A stretch of DNA of 63,444 nucleotides, filler included, from Choristocarpus tenellus KU-1152 (Eukaryota; Protista; Phaeophyceae): assembly GCA_964200185.2 (NCBI GenBank). It is 8 parts of 8 records of this genome, joined end to end, with 100 filler letters (N's around TTAATTAATTAA, not from the genome) between each part and the next. Parts side by side here need not be neighbours in the genome. Positions count along the whole stretch, not along the records: positions 19,340 to 33,074 come from CAXNAD020001388.1; positions 33,175 to 41,871 come from CAXNAD020004434.1; positions 41,972 to 56,827 come from CAXNAD020001104.1; 5 more parts are not named here. One strand, written 5' to 3'. A program made the translations under genes and the position numbers. Positions 29,045-42,040 of the stretch are shown piece after piece. The stretch's first letter is position 1. The number at the start of each line of letters is the position of its first letter. Below the pieces are notes generated by a model. That model saw nothing but the letters and a program-made list of their open reading frames with translations. It was not told where the DNA came from and did no database searches.

Positions 29045-32000
29045 GTGGGAAACTGTAGCGCCAACACATGATAACCAAGTGACTTAATTTGATTACATTT
29101 TGATTACATTTTGCACTCTGAACAACATGCTTCATTTGGGTGTCAAGGAGACGACCCTCTATGTATAATCCTTGCCTTCCCATTACCTGGACTAGTGCTA
29201 CAATTGTAGTACCTGTTAAAGCATCTCGAAGTTATTTTTTGGGTATTCTAAATTACTCTACATTATCTTGCCACATATTATCTTGCCGTAGATTTGTCAA
29301 CTCTTTATTGATGATTTGATAGTTCACTCATAATGTGGCCTCACATGCACTATTTTATTTATTATATTTTTGTTTATTTTTAGCTTTGGACTGCCTTCAG
29401 CCAATGAAGGACTTGCTACTGCAGAAGTTGAGTAAGGACAAGTCACCTTGTACACAGGAGGAGGTGGAATCAATGAACTTTGCTGCTCTCAGGGACAAGA
29501 TGCTTGCACTGGGTCCTCTGGACACAGCATGGGTGAAGCAGGTAAGACTGTTTTGATGTGATCTTGGTCATGATTGGTATGTCTTTCTTAAATACATTAT
29601 GTCAGTGTACTGTGCTTGTAGGTACTTAGTAGTCAGTACATGTGTAGTCAGTACAAGAGTAGTCAGTAGTACAATGTACATGGTTTGATGTAAGAAAAAA
29701 GAGTAAGATAATGTCTAACAGTTGAAACGGTCTGTTTATAGGATATCATCGCACACAGTGGCTTTGAGAATAATGTTGGCATGATGAGTGCGTAATGATG
29801 TATAATACACTCAATGCATAATACAGACAAGTAATGATGTATAATACACACGTGAAGTATTCTGTAATTTGGCAGGGTAGGTAGTCCTTTTTTTTATTTG
29901 AGGTTGATAGGGGGACAAGTCATAGGTGCAGCGGGATTTTCGTGATTCACCAGGTCAGTACACATTGACACTATGGATGGTGACACATGTAGTTTGATGT
30001 CATCTCGGAGGTACACCAGAGTACCCTTGTGAGTCCATAATGATCAGTACTGCCTGTGACTGAACCAACTTACATGATATATTTATGTTCCTACTACTGA
30101 ATCATGTTTCATTATGTTGTACTGCATTGTTTTACATTTTATTTCATTTTATTTTATTTCATTTTATTTATTATATAATACTCTACTATGCAGGTGAATG
30201 CCTCTGAGGCAGAGTTCTGGCGCCAAAGTCAAGGTAAACGGGTAGACTATAGCGATCGAGTACTTGGCTTTGAGTGTGGAGGACAACAGTGGGTCAATGA
30301 AGTGTCTCTTCCAACTGGCTCCATTGACCAGCCTAATGGTAACGACCTCAAGTTTATGGTGAGTGTTCCTTCCATTCAAGACAGATGACCTACCCCAGTG
30401 TGTGTTCTGGGCGTGTGTCCTTGTGAGTTTGTGTGTCCAGTCTCACCATCGACGCTTTTTTATTTGTTGAGATAGGACCTGACCCCCATGCTGTAGAAGA
30501 GGGGAAATGAGCTGTCTAGCTCCCTCTGAGTACTTGGAGGGTGTTTTTGTTTTGAAAAGTAAAAAAAAATGGCACTGTGAAATTTTTGGCTTAAAAAAAT
30601 ATTTTGTTTGTTCCTATTTTTTTAATCTATGTTGGTACGGGGTACTTGTGAATCGCTGTATTTCCCAGAGGTTGGTGATTTTCTCATGCAATACACCCCC
30701 ACAGGGTATATGTATATACACACGCTAGTGCTTTTAGTCCCTCTCAGGTCTGGAGAGTTTTGATGAAGGCTTGTGTGCTAGGGTTAGGGTTATTGCATGA
30801 GTATTCTATAGTACCATGTTTGTACTGTCTATCGTTCCTAGCACTGCAATGCTTCAATGTGCAGTGGGATGTCAACAACTCTAGCCTCTGGTAATGAATC
30901 AGGAGGAGGTACTGAGGCTAATAGAAGACAATAACCTGCCTGCCCCAGCCCCAATTGAGCAACGCTGGACTGCCTCAAGCAGGGCTAAGATGAGCCCAGC
31001 ACATGATGAAGGTTCTGCTGACACTGTGAGACAGACTGTTGTATTACTTTAGTCTAGTCTCGTCTAGTCTAGTCTAGTCTTGGAGTTTTTACCATTGCTT
31101 CCTGTGATGGTGTGGTCTCTTGCCAAGGTGGAAATGTAGATAGCTCAATTTGGAGCTGGTGTCAAGATGTGTGTTAAAACGTTTCTGTAATGTGTGGTGG
31201 CTTAGTAATGACTGATTTCCATTGAACCTCTATTCCACATGTAGCTCCTAAACTATCTAATTAACTATGATTTGAAGTAGAAGGTTCTCCTAAACCCTTG
31301 GGTGGTCTGATAGTGAGAATATTAGGTTTTTTGCCCACGGTGATAAAGAGGTTTATATCTTTGGGCTTGTTTTATTAACTTTGGCGTAACTTTATCAGAT
31401 CATAAGCACTATTTCTTGTTTGAGTATGTGCACATGATGTTGACATGGTGTTTTGGCTTGATGATGACATGGTGTTGAAATGATGGTCTGTGAAGTACCA
31501 CAGACCTGGACATAGAGTACTTCTATTTTTTTAGGCAATATTGCAGTATTTTATGTGTAGTTAAGGTATCAGCCAATACCACATACTAGTATAAAATAAT
31601 TATTGCTAAATATTGAGGAGGTGAAAATGTGATGAACAGCAATACTTTGTCACCATCAGTAGAACATGCTACTGATATAGTAGGTTTGGTAGTAGTGGTA
31701 CTTATTTGATTGGGGTTGTGTGTCCTACGTACCCATGTACCTGCAACAGGGTGATCATTGTACCAATGTTGTGTACTTTGAACTATCCATCGTTGCTATA
31801 CCCACTGACCCCTCAACATACTATATTTTAGTCAAAAGTGATACTCATCCTGTTCAAACATACTACACTCCATGGGCACTCAGAACATATAGCCTCAACG
31901 GCTGTACCAACACCAACATCAACACCACTCTTACATTATTTTTGTTATATTATTTGTTGTTGAAGGTGTTTTCGTGGGTGGGAATCATCATGTACCTCCC

Positions 32001-32084
32001 CAGTGAAGACCCTAAGGTGCGTGGGGAGTTAACGGAGGCGTTCTTCAAGTACAGAGATGCCTGCAAGACTCAACTGTGGGACAG
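22403..32084 (+). CDS. GLDH: L-galactono-1,4-lactone dehydrogenase, mitochondrial (ascorbate synthesis); 12 exons, C-terminus missing
   Basis: Exons 22403-22648, 22866-22961, 23255-23422, 24090-24194, 24891-25025, 25784-25929, 26795-26885, 28179-28245, 29384-29541, 30194-30358, 30903-31025 and 31966-32084 join in frame. Motifs: NWSSTH, GNALSPSG, LQNYASISEQQIGGFLQVGAHGTG, GLGALGVV, RYMWIPYTD, GFECGGQQWV, PAPAPIEQRW, FSWVGIIMYLP. The start ATG and exon 28179-28245 rest mainly on phase logic. Confidence 0.95.
25661..25742. repeat. 9-bp tandem repeat (CTGTATTAR)
   Basis: About 9 units upstream of the acceptor at 25783. Confidence 0.85.
26978..27250 (-). pseudogene. tig: Bacterial trigger factor fragment (Rickettsiales-like) inside GLDH intron 7
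   Basis: IATDPSIISIINEEGKDLKFNLEFELKPDISLPDFKKISIVKPELDIIKKDIENQIKVLAESSKTYETESKAKAKKGDQATPNDVGYIDGE follows the trigger-factor pattern at the N-domain/linker/FKBP-domain junction (DLxFxxxxExxPxIxLxD...AKxGDxVxxDxxGYxDG). It is AT-rich, has no introns and is truncated at both ends. Confidence 0.8.
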
Positions 32085-32998
32085 GTGTGTTTCACTTTGT
32101 ACCCTATTAGCATCAATACTGTTTTGATACTATTAATACTATTAATTCTAGGGTTAGGGATGTACAGTGACAACACACAGCAATACTGTCCTTGTGAAGG
32201 AAGGTATGCCTAGGATCAATTCCACCTACACATGTACAGCTATTAATATATTAAAGTATGTTAAATGGTGATAGGTCAGTGGGGGAAGTGGGGAGTATTA
32301 CCTGCAAGTCCACAATTTTCTAGGAATATACTCTGAAACACAGCCAACCATTGTATGTTGATACAAGCTAACAACACACTTCTAGAATGAGAAGGTACTG
32401 TACACCATGGGAGGCATCTGCTGTACACGTGCAGTCATTGGTCAGCACTTTTTTTGAGGATATAGGCGCTCTAGGTAGTAGTGAAAGATGGTATGATGCA
32501 AAGGCATAGCAACCCCCTTACACGAAAGGCCTTGATGCACTGTGGAATGAACTCATGTATCCGACATGTGCTCATGTGTATTTCCATTGACTTTCAGTAG
32601 TGTAAGATAGTGCCAGGTGTTTTAGTTTTGTTTTTTTGGAGGGGGGGGGGCACAGGAGAATTGGACATGACAGTTTGAAACTATTAACAACCCTTTGATC
32701 TTGATTACAGTTACATAGATTTGAAACTGTAAGAGGTGTTCGACTATCATGGGTCAGGTAACTAACATGTATTTGATGGAGTTACCAGAACAGTGTAACT
32801 ACTTGTCAAGGAAAATAATATGATGGATGGTACAAAGTAGTGAGTATATACTGCCATTGGTATGGTATATATATATATATATTTACATATATGTATGCTT
32901 GAGGTAGTATAACATGTAGTGTCATACTGATTCACTGATGCCCATGTATCTATGTATCTGGTGGGAATCTCCGATTCTTGATCCTAATTGGTTGATGA

Positions 32999-33074
32999 GA
33001 CCCAAAGTATCTGGGGGGAGGGGGGGGTCTACACCAGATTGTCCATTTGGGCCAAAATCAGGAAAAGTGCATTT
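32999..33074 (-). mobile_element. MITE family A copy, truncated by contig end
   Basis: GACCCAAAGTATCTGGGGGGAGG...gtctacaccag...aaaatcaggaaaagtgcattt. Confidence 0.85.
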
Positions 33075-33174
33075 NNNNNNNNNNNNNNNNNNNNNNNNNN
33101 NNNNNNNNNNNNNNNNNNTTAATTAATTAANNNNNNNNNNNNNNNNNNNNNNNNNNNNNNNNNNNNNNNNNNNN
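33075..33174. other. Artificial contig linker
   Basis: N44-TTAATTAATTAA-N44. Confidence 0.99.
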
Positions 33175-33303
33175 GAGGGTTGCGGTCAAGGGGGGCAGTG
33201 GAGGCATGCCTGCAACAAATTGTGTGTGTAGTAGCAAGAGTATCAATCTCTAGGTAGGTGTGCCATGCAGATATCGGTTCAGTGGCCTAGACGGGGCTTG
33301 AAT

Positions 33304-33556
33304 GATCCACAGTATCCTAGAGGGGGGTTCAAGCCCCCATTCGGGGCAGTTGAGACCCGGTAGAGATTTTCAATCCAATTGAAAGTACGTGTCATATGTG
33401 AGGGCAATTTCATCATCTGAACGCACCCCTGCCTAAACCAAATCTGGAGGAAACTCACCCTCAAAACTGGCATCAAATTGGGGTGTTTACAGCACCCCAT
33501 TAAACCACGATTGGACTACCTGGGCTAAACCTCCCCCTTCTTGAATACTATGGGTC
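33304..33556. mobile_element. MITE family B (253 bp) with imperfect ~30-bp TIRs and AAT target-site duplication
   Basis: Left end GATCCACAGTATCCTAGAGGGGGGTTCAAGCCC; reverse complement of right end GACCCATAGTATTCAAGAAGGGGGAGGTTTAGCCC. AAT at 33301-33303 and 33557-33559. Confidence 0.7.
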
Positions 33557-34601
33557 AATGATTCATGGAACTCTTTCTTTGTTTCTAGTTCACCTTCGCA
33601 GCACCTTTCAGCATTAGTGTAAGTAGTTTTCTTGTTTTATTGCTTTCAAACACACTACAACTCTTGTTGGTATATCCAAAAGACTTTCCTGTGAGCAATT
33701 ACAGACTTTGTTGCTCTTCTCTATACGACAACATCTGCAATATATCTTACTTCAAAGTATGAATTTTTTTCAAAGTATTGATCTATTCTACATTCTCTGC
33801 TTGTATGTTGCTGCGGCCTCATCATCATGACAACACATATTCAAAGTGCCTGTGGGCATGTTAATGAATGTTTGTACTAAAACCCTGGTATACTGCTGAC
33901 GAAGGCATGCAGAACCAGGAGATTGCCTCCCCGCAAAAAGAGGAAGATGGTGGTGGCCTTGCCTTTACTCCCCCCTCATCACATAATACATTTATACTAC
34001 GAACTGGAGTAGTATACACAGAGAGACTCTTGCTACATCCAGCACCATCCACACAATGGCTGCCTGCTTGGTTACAATCCCACACCCTTCGAGACAAATT
34101 ATTGCATAAAATGATGCTTCTTTGAAGGTGCATATGAATCTCTATGGTTATAATACTGGTAACGGTAGTGTTACTGTACTCATATTAATTACAGTAATAA
34201 ACATAGTAGCACTACTTACTGCAGACCTGCACAGTAGAGTTGCAGCGAGTCTTACAGCTAGTTATGGGGATGCCGCTGTTGGATATAGAAAGGGGTATCT
34301 AGCAGGACATACCAGGGCGGACAGGTGTACTTGACTAACATGGACGAGAGTGTCGTTAAATCTGCTCAAGCCAATACACAAGCGTACATACATTCTCCCA
34401 AGACATAAGATGAAACCGATTTTCGTTTCTTAGTTCCAGTTGATTTGTACAGCATTTTGATCGCAACAGAAAATTCCATTGTGGACTGTTATGTGTTCCT
34501 CCTTTCCTCTCCCCTAACTCTTCACCTAACCAAGCAAGTAACCAAACTGCACCAAATCGATCAGGACTCTATTTGTTCCACAAATCGTACGCACGACGTG
34601 T

Positions 34602-37206
34602 ATGCCGGCGCAGTCCTATGGTCTTGGAGCAGACCCACGTCCCTTGGGGATTAGGTCGACAAAATTTCGGGCTGATGTAGACCCGATCAACATCCACCAC
34701 GATCCAAGGATATCCAGGGGGAATACCTTTAGCTCGGATAAGCGGAGCGAAATCCCAGGACCGACTTCGACCAAGGCCAGGCGTAGGAACGTTTCGCCGA
34801 AGGATAGGAGCAAGGAAATCCTTGCGCAGGAACGAACTCTTACGGCCGTGACATTATTTGACAGATACCAGGGAAGCAAGGCACAGAGGGAAGAGCTTGA
34901 CCTGACAAGGTAGTTGAAGGACAGTTAAACTTAATGACACATTACTGAATCGATACGCACTACTGAAGGTCTTTCTAAACTAACCCTGCCTATGACCCTT
35001 GACTATCACAAATATTGCATTTAGTCTCATCAACAATACTCGGAATGCGTCGCTTTCTTTCCCTAGCGGATAACAACCACTGCATATATCTTTCAATCCG
35101 CAGTTTCCTCAACATTGCGTTTGGGCAGGTTTCTCGTGGAACCCGGAGAAGGCGAAAAACCCTCAGAGTGTGACGAAGGAACACAAACAAATGAGTTTGA
35201 AGACAGGCCTCCTACACCTCCGTACGTGCCAAGGAAGACAGGGGTGGATGCGTGTACACAGATCGAGCAATCAGATGGCTTGTTCATTTTTAACGAAGAA
35301 GTACAGCCACTGCTTGATGTTCTCGTCGGCAAGGTGAGGAAGCTCTCACACTACTTCTATATCTTACCTATATAGCCACTAGAGAGGTGGTCATTGCTAT
35401 TTACTATATAACCTTGTTGTGCGTCACTTCTAGCAGTGGGGATGCTGCCCCTATACCTTACCTTCATATATGTGTCTACAAAAGGACAAAAAAGTCAATG
35501 CTGTGGACAAGAGTCATATGCCACCACAAATGTGCTCATGCTAGGAGTGTGTTCATGCCTGACGTAAGACCTAGGAGCCGACACACAAATAGGGAATAGG
35601 TGTAAATGTGAAACCCAATAACACCTTGTCATTACGGGGGAGAGACTTTATGTGTCCCACAGTAATAGGTGTGGAATCCTATGAACGTTAGACTGTACCG
35701 AGTATGATTATGCTGTCCGTCAAAAATTTGGCATTTACCAGACTCTTGAGCAGGCTAGGCTAGAGGTGGAGCATGAGTATGAGCTAGAGTGCATCCTTGA
35801 GGAAGCTGTGATCTTGAACCGTGCTCGTGAGGAGGATGAGGAGAGAATTCGGGTTACGGAAAAGGCAGAAGTGGAGGCTGAAAGAAGAGAGATGGACCTG
35901 AGATGCCAGGCCAGAGACAGGGCTGCTGCAAAGCAAGACGTTACAGCCAAGGTGGCCTGTGCTCAGCTCATGGAGCAGCTCTTCCCGCTTATTTTGGATG
36001 GGGCAATGAGTGACTTGTGTGCTAACTCATGGACAACCCCCACGGTCAAGCAGGTGAGTCTACAGTACCATTTATTTCAACCAGAATCAAACATGAACAG
36101 CGTAGGGTGCTTTACCTTGCCCAACTTATCCAGGAAAGAAAACGAGCTCATGAGAAGGACCATGTGCAGTTGTCACATAATTGTATGGTGGTTAGCAGGC
36201 TACACTGAATTACCCTGGAGTGCTCAGTAGAATGTCATGAGATTACCACAAAGAGATTATCACAAAGGAAATCCTGCCTGAGAGAGATTGCTGTTTTTTT
36301 ACTCGTTCTTGAGATATTAGTAATGATGTTGTACTTTACAGATTTTGTCAATTCCCATTTTTACCTATGAGTACGGGCGTACCTTTTGTAGGGAAAGCAA
36401 CATAAATGTACTCTTATTTTAAGTGATTTGAGATACCCAACAACTTTGGTCTTACCACAAAGGAAGGCTCGGAGAGTTTGGGCACAATAAAGAAGGTCCA
36501 ACCATCAGGTGTACCTACACATTCGCAAAAAAAAACACCAGCACCTATACCAAAATGCAACTCCTTAGAGAAGAAATAAAAACATGCCCAACGTCTACTG
36601 CTTTGAGACTATACGAAAAAAAGGTATGTGGCACTGCCCTCCCTCCAAAAAATATAGTAACTGAACTTCCGAATGTTGCTGCTGAACAATATCCGCATGC
36701 AGATTCGGAGTGGCTTTCTTCCCTGGCTATACAGCACTGTTGAAGAAGTCACAGATCGTCGGGCAGCTGTCGATGGAGTTATTGCTTCCCTGTACACGAC
36801 AGCAATAAGGGAAGCAGACGCCAAGGCCACAGCGAGGGAGTTGGATATCCAGCAGAGGCGTTTTGCTCTTGCTGCACTCCGTCACCGACAGGCTGCTATC
36901 ATTCGCCTGTTTGTTCGTGGGGAGGTTCTTGGGAGAAGTGATGGACAGGAGAAGCTGGGGCCAATCCTTGTTCAGGCTGGGGAGACAATAGTGGATGCAG
37001 AAGCAGCAATAGGCGCATGGGTACTTGAAAATGAACTTGTGGAGGGAGATGTGGAGGCACCTGAGGGCGGCTTCTTTGGGGCATACCTCCAGGGTGCTTT
37101 GGGTACAGATCAAGGAGAAGTAGAGGGTGTGTTTGGGCCAGAGACAACATTGCTGGAAGTCCAGGACCGAAAAGGGGTCGTGGAGACAGATGTAGTGCTA
37201 TGGTAG
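34602..37206 (+). CDS. RSP3: Flagellar radial spoke protein 3, complete (4 exons, 442 aa)
   Basis: Exons 34602-34909, 35129-35333, 35742-36053 and 36703-37206 total 1329 nt, GT-AG, in frame. Motifs: NIHHDPRISRGNTF, TQTNEFEDRPPTPPYVPRKTGVDACTQI, LFIFNEEVQPLLDVLVGKTLEQARLEV. Confidence 0.92.
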
Positions 37207-37805
37207 TAGCAAGGGTCTCTGGGGCAATCAAGGTGTTGTTAAAAACAGGTCCATGATCTTTTGGTAGAGGTGTGGCACACGCATTCATGTCTGGATCTTG
37301 GGGGTCCTTGTGATTTACTCAGTAGATACCTTGCAACAAATGGTCTGGAAGGTAATGCTGGTGTGTTGTGTGCATATATTTGGCTTCATGTTGTTCAGTC
37401 TTGCTTTGGAGCTCCCTTCCACCTCAAAATTATACATTCTCGGTAGAGATCTAGGGAGGGGATTCATTAGTTTCTGGTAGAGTGTGGCATCTGTCCTGGT
37501 TCTCTGGTAGGTACCTATTTGTCAGCAAAACGAGGTCGAGCACATATTTTGACTGGCAGAACAATACAAGGACTTAATGTTATTGGGTCTCATGTGTACC
37601 AGAATCTTCGTTGATCAGTACTTCATTCTATTTTTCTTTGCTCCCTGACCTCAATATAATTTCAACAGAAGTACTACACTTTCATATACATACATATATG
37701 TATGTTTCAAAATTTGAAGTGTTGCCTATACAGAAGCAATATAGTGGTGTACATCACATCAACCTCCAATCTAGGGTCATATATTTGTAGCACACTTCAA
37801 AACAC

Positions 37806-38110
37806 CTCTCAAAAGGTGGTTTTTATAACCTACATAATAGGTCTATGGTTTGAAAAAGTGTACCAAAGGTTTTGTTGGAAAGCCTATGGACAAAGGTTTG
37901 GACCGTACTTTAGAAGGTCAGTCCAAAGACAGTTCTTACAAACCTATGGGCCATAGGTTTGGAGTGTACTTTGGAAACCTACAGGCAAAGGTTTGAACCG
38001 CTCTCTAAAAGGTCGCTTAATGAGAGATTTTACAAACCTAGGACCATAGTTTTGGAGGGAGGTCTCTCAAAAGGTGGTGTTCACCAATCTATGGGCCTAT
38101 GGTTTGAGAA
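37806..38110. repeat. Array of ~6 degenerate palindromes (AAACCTATGGNCCATAGGTTT)
   Basis: Perfect 11-bp stem at 37939-37961; variants at ~37827, 37879, 37975, 38034 and 38086. The direct repeat CTCTCAAAAGGTGGT occurs at 37806 and 38064. Confidence 0.75.
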
Positions 38111-38574
38111 ATCGGATCAATAAGGTGGGGATCCGTCTACCTATGTAAATATATACATATGGGGTGGGTCTGCTGGAGTAGAAGATTTGAGGGATGAGAT
38201 AGAGTGATGAGGGTTGGGAGTGCTTAATCCAAGGAAGGTAGGATGGTGGCAGCACAGTTAGACCTTATTCTTCACACCGAGAAGGGGAATGGAAAGACCC
38301 ACAGGACGAACGGAAGGGAGAGGGACAAGGCGGGACGGTAAGCAACCCTCCAAAGGTCATTCAGAAAAGGGGTGAATAAGGGAAGTAAATGAGGTTTTTT
38401 TTAAAGCTCTACTTAACAACCCAATACTGACACCATCGAAACCAATTATGATGTGATGTGAGGAAACAGACTGTGAGGTATACTCTCTGAAGGAATGTAC
38501 TTCAAACTTGTACCTTGACAGGAAGTTCTTGCACAATCACTCCAGTTTTTTTCATTACCCCTCACTTTGATACC

Positions 38575-38728
38575 TGTGACATGAAATGTCTGTATGTTAT
38601 AAAAAAAATCGCTGTCCTGTGTTGTCAGATCCAATTATTATTTTTTCCATCAGTCACTGTGACATTTGTGACATGAAATGTTTGTATATTGTAAGAAAAT
38701 ATCGTGTCCTGTGTTGTCAGATCCAATT
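38575..38728. repeat. 62-bp direct duplication (period 92)
   Basis: TGTGACATGAAATGT...TGTCCTGTGTTGTCAGATCCAATT at 38575 and 38667. Confidence 0.85.
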
Positions 38729-39046
38729 CTTAGTATTTTCCTGGGCTGATTGTTGGATGATTGGTACTTTGGTTTAATATTTCAACAATTTTCCCCAACA
38801 TATATATCTGGAAAATTCTTACTTTAACGTTAAACTCTATATATTGAACTCAATATATTAGACAGTATGGCGTTACATATATGAATGTACACTTTACTCA
38901 ATAACGTAAGGATAATAATATAATATATAACGTCACATTTAAAATGAATAGTACATACTTTGTAGAGGGTGGTTGTGATGTTGGTTTGATTTTTCCCAAC
39001 ATATCTCCAAAATGGCAGAGGGGATTATATATGTATATATGTATCT

Positions 39047-39360
39047 ATTGTTAGTGTATCTACAGATCAGATCAACGTCACCAACATATATATATATATA
39101 TGTATGCCAATTGTGCAACATTCCATCCCACTTGTAACCCTCGTTCGTGTATGTATAGATCAGATCGATATCACCAACATATGCATACCAATGTCCAACT
39201 ATACCAATGTCCAACTATAGTTAGTGTATGTATAGATCAGATCGACATCACCAACATATGCATACCAATGTCCAACATTCCATCCCACTTGTAAGTCTAT
39301 AGTTAGTGTATGTATAGATCAGATCAACATCAACATATTATCCATACAAATGTCCAATTG
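39047..39360. repeat. Minisatellite, ~4 units of 75-95 bp
   Basis: Recurring GTGTATGTATAGATCAGATC...CACCAACATAT...CCAATGTCCAAC. Confidence 0.85.
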
Positions 39361-41871
39361 CAAATCCAAATTCCGTGTTGAACTTCCAAACATAGTCAAC
39401 TTATTATCACTATCAGCCATTCATCTTTCAAGTTAGTTTTCAAACATACTATTTTCTCCGCTATCGACCAGTTTGTTCAACCGCCTCTATTTGTAACTGT
39501 GGATGGAATAGAATTCACAATAACAAATAAATATACCGTGTAAACTACTATATGATTTAGTTATTTTTTCCTTATCTGTTAAATGATAGTTGATAGTTAT
39601 AATAGCAAACATAGTCATATTCTACGCTTCATATATGATTGAATATCCGTTATTCCAAAATCACGTGTTTGAGATCACTCAATTTCTAGTGATACACATC
39701 TGGTCTCTGGTCAAACAAAGAAAATGTCAACACTTCAGAAGGTATTTGGTACTCACGACGCCAACCTCCGTCCAAAGGCCCTCACAGAACCGAGGAGGAA
39801 CCGTACCCTCTCATCTCATATGCCACACCGACCAAACAACAGTGATGTCGTCCTTTCACTCCGTACTCCTCAGGTAAGCGGTTGTAGATGATTGGACTCA
39901 ACGTATTTTAGGTATCCCGGTTATCTGAGGAGTGAGTAGTAGACATAGTAAAAAGGGGGGAAACAATCGTTGTGACGCGATGTCTATATCCCCGATTGCT
40001 GATGATAGCGAGGTATGAAAAAAGGAGGATCGATATATCTCTCTATCCAGGTCCTGATGACCTTTTTCATCTGGTTGCTCTAAACCTCTTGATGTTGTAC
40101 CTTTTCTTCTTCAACTGACTCTTTATGGGTGCTGAGCTCGTGTGTGATGTGTAGGATCATATCCAACATTGCACTTGGTGTATATCACCTATGTTGTCTT
40201 CGTGGATGAAATTCCATACAGAATAATGTTCCATGTTGATGGGTCTTGTGTGCTGGTTTTTGAGGCTATGCATTCCCCTCCATCGCAACTATTGCTCCCG
40301 TGAAGTCTCGTCCTCTATCTGATCCCGTCTCTTCCCTTCACAATCCACTATGAACTTCATCAGCCTATAATGCGAGATAACACTTTCTCAAACCTAGACT
40401 TTGGACCTTCGAGGTCCGTAGCAGGAATGGGTATGGGCGCAGTATCGGAGCGCTACAGCAACCCGATGTCTGGCGATAGCATCTATCCAGCAAACTACCC
40501 GATGGACAGGAGGTGAGTCTCTAAATTGAAGAACTGAAAATAAGGAAAGTTCACGAGTATTTATATTTGAGCAAGCCTCTTGTTTGCTGTTCCCTGTCCC
40601 TGCTTTTGTTGTGGTTTGTAAGAAAATGCGATTGTTCTACGTGATTCATTTACGTCGCAGCAATGGGGATCTCACTACCGATGTTTTCCTATTGGACATG
40701 GAATGTCTACCCTAGTTTTGTCAGATAAAATCATGATACCAGCAAGTAAAAATCGTCCCGTCATAGCACTTGCATGACCTCGAAATACCTTGGTTTGCAC
40801 CACAGGTTTTCGACTCCCCTTATTATGGATATGACCTTACTCTCATGTGGTATGGTTTGAAAACAAAAAGCGACTTGATCAGCACCCGCTCCTCTATACA
40901 CCAAGTGTTGCATTCATTCAGCGTCTTGCAGGACGAAGGTATTAAGCCCTCTTTTGGGACCTTTTTGGTCCATGTATAGAAATCGCTTAACTTGTATATA
41001 TGCCGTCTTAAACAGGCTTAATGTGCAGGAACAGTACGGTACTACACCTCTTTTATGTCCCCCCGACACTTGAGTGAAGTCAGTCCTTACGTACGCTGTA
41101 CGCGATATAATTTTGTTTTAGTACGGGAGACAAGCTCTGTTCTTGCGTTTTTTTTTTAGGTCACTTAACCCTGTGGAGGGAAAGACGATTGCCTTTCAAT
41201 GTTATCTATCATCGAGACCAACCGTTACATGTGACTGCAGTGAAATTGCTTGTCAGTCATCTCCACGCTACGGAGGTCGTCTAGGTTACCACAATTATGT
41301 TTGAAAGGGGGCAGGTGTTATTGTATTTCCATTGGAAACGGCCCCCCCCGTGCCCCTGACCCCGTCCCCTCACCGAAAGGCCTGTTGGAAGGGAAGGAGT
41401 GTATTCCTCGTTAGAAAAAAACAAAAAACAAATAAAAGAAAAAATAAAAGTTGGAAGGTGTGGCAAGAAATTATACATTTTTTTTTTAACGATTATAGTG
41501 TATATTCCTTATTAGAGAAAAAATAAAGAACAAACAAAATGTGGGACGGATGACAAGAAAATTATATTCTTTTTTTTTTAACTATTAGAGTTTACCATCA
41601 TCCTCCAAGTCAACCGTGGCCTCCCTATGTATGCTATTTTTGTCCTCATCGTGACATCATCATGACATCGTCGTGATGTTCTGGACCATCGTATGAATTA
41701 CTAGGCGAATTGAGGAGCGCAAGCTTATACAGCGGTTTGATAGGTGAGGATGTGGAATCAGTGTGTGTGTGGGGGGGGGGGGGGGGGGGGGGGGGGGGTT
41801 TTTTTTTTTTTTTTGGGGGAAAGAGAATTTTTTTTTTTTTTTTTTTTTGGTTTTTTTTTTTTTTTTTTGTT

Positions 41872-41971
41872 NNNNNNNNNNNNNNNNNNNNNNNNNNNNN
41901 NNNNNNNNNNNNNNNTTAATTAATTAANNNNNNNNNNNNNNNNNNNNNNNNNNNNNNNNNNNNNNNNNNNN
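41872..41971. other. Artificial contig linker
   Basis: N44-TTAATTAATTAA-N44. Confidence 0.99.
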
Positions 41972-42040
41972 CCAAAATTGCGACATACAAAAATTGACCC
42001 CAAATGGACAGCCGCCACCCCCTCCCAGATACTTTGAGCC
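41972..42040 (-). mobile_element. MITE family A copy, truncated by contig start
   Basis: gaccccaaatggacagccgccacc...cagatactttgagcc. Confidence 0.85.

Noticed and set aside
37806-38110. CRISPR array
   Set aside because: Degenerate repeats, irregular and mutually related spacers, eukaryotic context and no cas genes.
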